From an uncultured Candidatus Rokubacteria bacterium (GTDB lineage Bacteria; Methylomirabilota; Methylomirabilia; Rokubacteriales; DASRDR01), in assembly GCA_963708025.1 (NCBI GenBank), contig CAVPSB010000019.1, positions 224,001 to 288,000 on the forward strand: DNA of 64,000 nt. Reading direction: 5' to 3'. Below, piece after piece: positions 61,335 through 64,000 of this stretch. The number at the start of each line of letters is the position of its first letter. Within the stretch, counting starts at the first letter, position 1. The notes beneath the pieces were generated by a model. That model worked only from the letters and a program-made list of their open reading frames with translations, made no database searches and had not been told where the DNA came from. Position numbers and translations under genes: made by a program.

Positions 61335-62462
61335 ATGAGGAGGGAAGCTCGAGGGCGTCGTGCTGCCGCGATCGCTGGCCTCGGGCTGGCCATTGCGGCG
61401 TGTGGGGCGGCCCGCGTGCGGTCCCCAGAGCCCCCGGTGCCGATCATGCTCGCCCAGGGGCCTGGACAGCCAGTCACCGGCGGTACCGCCCCGCCCCTGC
61501 CACCGGGCGTTCCCCTCGACGGCGGTGCCGCGGTCCTGAACAGCCGGCTCCTCAACCACGTCAGCCCTCCGACCGGGGACACGGATCTACCCATCGGTGC
61601 CGGGGACATGATCGAGGTGTCCGTGTTCGAGGTCGAGGAACTGTCGAAGCTCAAGCTTCGCGTCCCGCTGCGCGGCACGATCACGTTGCCATTGCTCGGA
61701 GCGATCTCGGCGGCTGGACGGACTCCCATCGAGTTGGAAGACGAGATCCGGCAGCGGCTTCAGCAGAAGTACATGCACAACCCCCAGGTCTCGGTTTTCG
61801 TCCACGAGCACCAGAGCCAGCGCATCTCCGTCATCGGGGCCGTCCGCAAGGGCGGCGTCTACGCGCTGACGAGCCGGCTTCGGCTGGCCGACGCCCTCGC
61901 CTTGGCTGAAGGCCTCACAGACGATGCCGATCAGGTGGTCTACCTGATTCGTCGGCTGCCGGCCGGCACCGTGGCCCGGGCTCAGGCCGGGGCGGGCACG
62001 GCCCGCGCGTCGGTCCCGTCGCTGCCGGGGGCGGGCACCGAGGACGTCATGGCGGCGATCGACCTCGAGGCGCTGGCGGCCGGCCGGGAGGAGCTGAACG
62101 TAGGGCTCGAGGCCGGCGACGTGATCCACGTGCCCCGGGCCGGCTCCTATTACGTCGGTGGCTCCGTCGAGCGCCCGGGCTCCTTCTTCCTCAAGGCGAA
62201 GACGACGGTGCAGCAGGCCATCCTGGCGGCCGGCGGCGTCAAGGACGTAGCCGACTGGGAGGACATCCGGCTCTACCGAGCCAAGACGGGCGGAGAGCGC
62301 GAGGTCCTGACCTTCAGCCTGAAAAACTTCGAGAAGGGGCAGGGCGCGCCGGAGCTTCAGAAGTCCGATGTGGTCATCGTCGGCAAGTCCGGGAGCAAGG
62401 CGTTCTGGTATGGCTTCGTCAACTTCTTCAAGGGCGTGTTTGGCCTGTCGAAGGGATTGTGA
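61335..62462 (+). CDS. wza: Polysaccharide export lipoprotein (Wza/SLBB)
   Basis: Lipobox LAIAAC; IGAGDMIEVSVF, GTITLPLLG and SLBB repeats. Confidence 0.88.
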   Translation: MRREARGRRAAAIAGLGLAIAACGAARVRSPEPPVPIMLAQGPGQPVTGGTAPPLPPGVPLDGGAAVLNSRLLNHVSPPTGDTDLPIGAGDMIEVSVFEVEELSKLKLRVPLRGTITLPLLGAISAAGRTPIELEDEIRQRLQQKYMHNPQVSVFVHEHQSQRISVIGAVRKGGVYALTSRLRLADALALAEGLTDDADQVVYLIRRLPAGTVARAQAGAGTARASVPSLPGAGTEDVMAAIDLEALAAGREELNVGLEAGDVIHVPRAGSYYVGGSVERPGSFFLKAKTTVQQAILAAGGVKDVADWEDIRLYRAKTGGEREVLTFSLKNFEKGQGAPELQKSDVVIVGKSGSKAFWYGFVNFFKGVFGLSKGL

Positions 62463-64000
62463 TCGAGCCCGTCGACCCCCGCGGCGATTCCCGGGCGCTG
62501 CCCCCCGGTGCCTCCAATGGCGCTCTCGCGCAGTCGGTGGCCGGTCCGCTCGCCACCACCGACCTGCTGAACCGCGTCTACGCCGAGGTCCTGCAGCCTG
62601 AGGAGGCACATTTCTGGGACTACTGGCGGATTCTCGTCCGCCACCGCTGGACGGTCGTCAGCTTCTTTCTGGTGACGGTAATGGTGGCGATGGTGTGGAC
62701 CTTCACAACGCGGCCAGTCTTCATGGCGACCACGACCCTCCGCATCGAGAAGGAGGAGCCCCGGGTCCTCAAGTTCGAGGAGGTCGTCAAGGAGGCCAAC
62801 CCGCAGCAAGACTATTACCAGACGCAGTTCAAGATCCTCCAGAGTCGGACGCTGGCAAACCGGGTCGTCGGCTTGCTCTCGCTAAATCAGCACCCGGAGT
62901 TCGAGGACGACGATGGCGGCTGGTTCCAGGGCGCGCAGGCGTGGGCTCGCGAGCGACTGGTGCAGTGGATTCCCGTCCCGCCCCCGCCAGCGCCGCAGGG
63001 GGCCGAGGACCTGGTGCTGGAGTCGCCGCTGACCCGGGCCTTCGACAAGCGGCTCTCCGTGGATCCGGTCCGCAATGCCCGACTCGTCAAGGTGTCGTTC
63101 GAGAGCCACTACCCGGATCTGTCCGCTCGAGTCGCAAACACACTAGCCGAGGCCTTCATGGCCCAGAGCCTCGGACAGCGGGTCGAGGCGAGTCGTTACG
63201 CGACCCAGTTCCTCGCACAACAGATGGAGGAGGGGCGGCAGAAACTCGAGGCTTCCGAGGGGCGGCTGAACGAGTTCTTGAAGACGAACGACATCATGTT
63301 CGTCACCTCCGAGCGCTGGGGGAGCGGCAGGATCTCAGCACTCAGCAGCTGACGGTGTTCTCCGATGCGCTCCTCCGCGCCAGGGCCGATCGGATCAGCA
63401 GGGAGAGCCTGGTCCGCCAGGCGCTCGGCCAGAGCGTGGACTCGCTCCCTGTCGTGCTGCAGAATCCGCTGGTTGCGAAGCTCAAGGAAGAACTGGTCAC
63501 GTTGGAGGGCGAGTACCGGAAGCTCGGCCATACCTTCAAGACCGAGTACCCGCGGATGCAGCGGCTCGAGCAGAACATCGGTGAAGTGCGGCGCCAGCTC
63601 CGGGTCGAGATCAACCGAGTGGTGGAGTCACTGGACGCCGACTACCGCGCGTCGCTTCGCAACGAGCGAGAGCTGGAAAAGGCGATGGACGAGCACCGGA
63701 TACTGGTGCGGAAGCTCGGCGATCAGATGGTGCAGTACAGCCTCCTCCGCCGGGACGTGGACACGAGCCGCGAGTTGTACACCGCGCTCCTGACCCGCCT
63801 GAAGGAGACGCAGATCTCTTCGAGCCTGCTCACGTCGAACATCTCGATCGTCGATCGGGCCGAGGTGCCGAGCGAGCCGTCGAAGCCTCGCAAGGGGCTC
63901 AACCTGCTTCTGGCCACGATCGTCGGAATGTTCGGCGGCGTCGGCCTCGCCTTCTTCTTCGAGTATCTGGACACCAACATCAAGGACGCCAAGGAGGCCG
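62459..64000 (+). CDS. wzc: Wzc/GumC chain-length determinant / tyrosine autokinase (partial); frameshift near 63320
   Basis: DYWRILVRHRW and YYQTQFKILQSR; after the shift, FKTEYPRM and NISIVDRAEVPSEPSKP; runs off the window. Confidence 0.88.

Overview
This is a 64 kb, very GC-rich bacterial chromosomal segment. Gene style (orphan ABC substrate-binding proteins, Tct/LLM/MmgE-PrpD enzymes, many palindromic intergenic repeats) suggests Candidatus Rokubacteria/Methylomirabilota, but that is inference. It holds about 55 real CDSs, mostly transport, redox, sulfur/selenium-related and signalling genes: a fused MFS/spermidine synthase, a Ski2/HelY helicase, tctBAC, vapBC, two ABC importers without ATPases, an SBP56 gene, a K+ module (CPA2, KimA-like APC permease, kdpDE without kdpFABC) bracketed by two near-identical hybrid kinases, and the start of a sigma54-preceded wza/wzc locus. 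Several single-base frameshifts look like long-read assembly errors. Highlights not shown in the ORF track are: (1) a glutaredoxin-DinB gene with an in-frame UGA in a PG-U-SS-C motif followed by a SECIS-like hairpin, a probable selenoprotein; (2) inverted-repeat mini-elements that supply the start and/or stop codons of neighbouring genes and bracket one gene like a cassette; (3) several other modular REP-like repeat families; (4) a metallothionein-like small ORF; (5) a KdpE-like box between kdpDE and the APC permease; (6) a structured leader upstream of SBP56; (7) an internally deleted rhodanese mini-gene. No rRNA, tRNA, CRISPR array or transposase was recognised.
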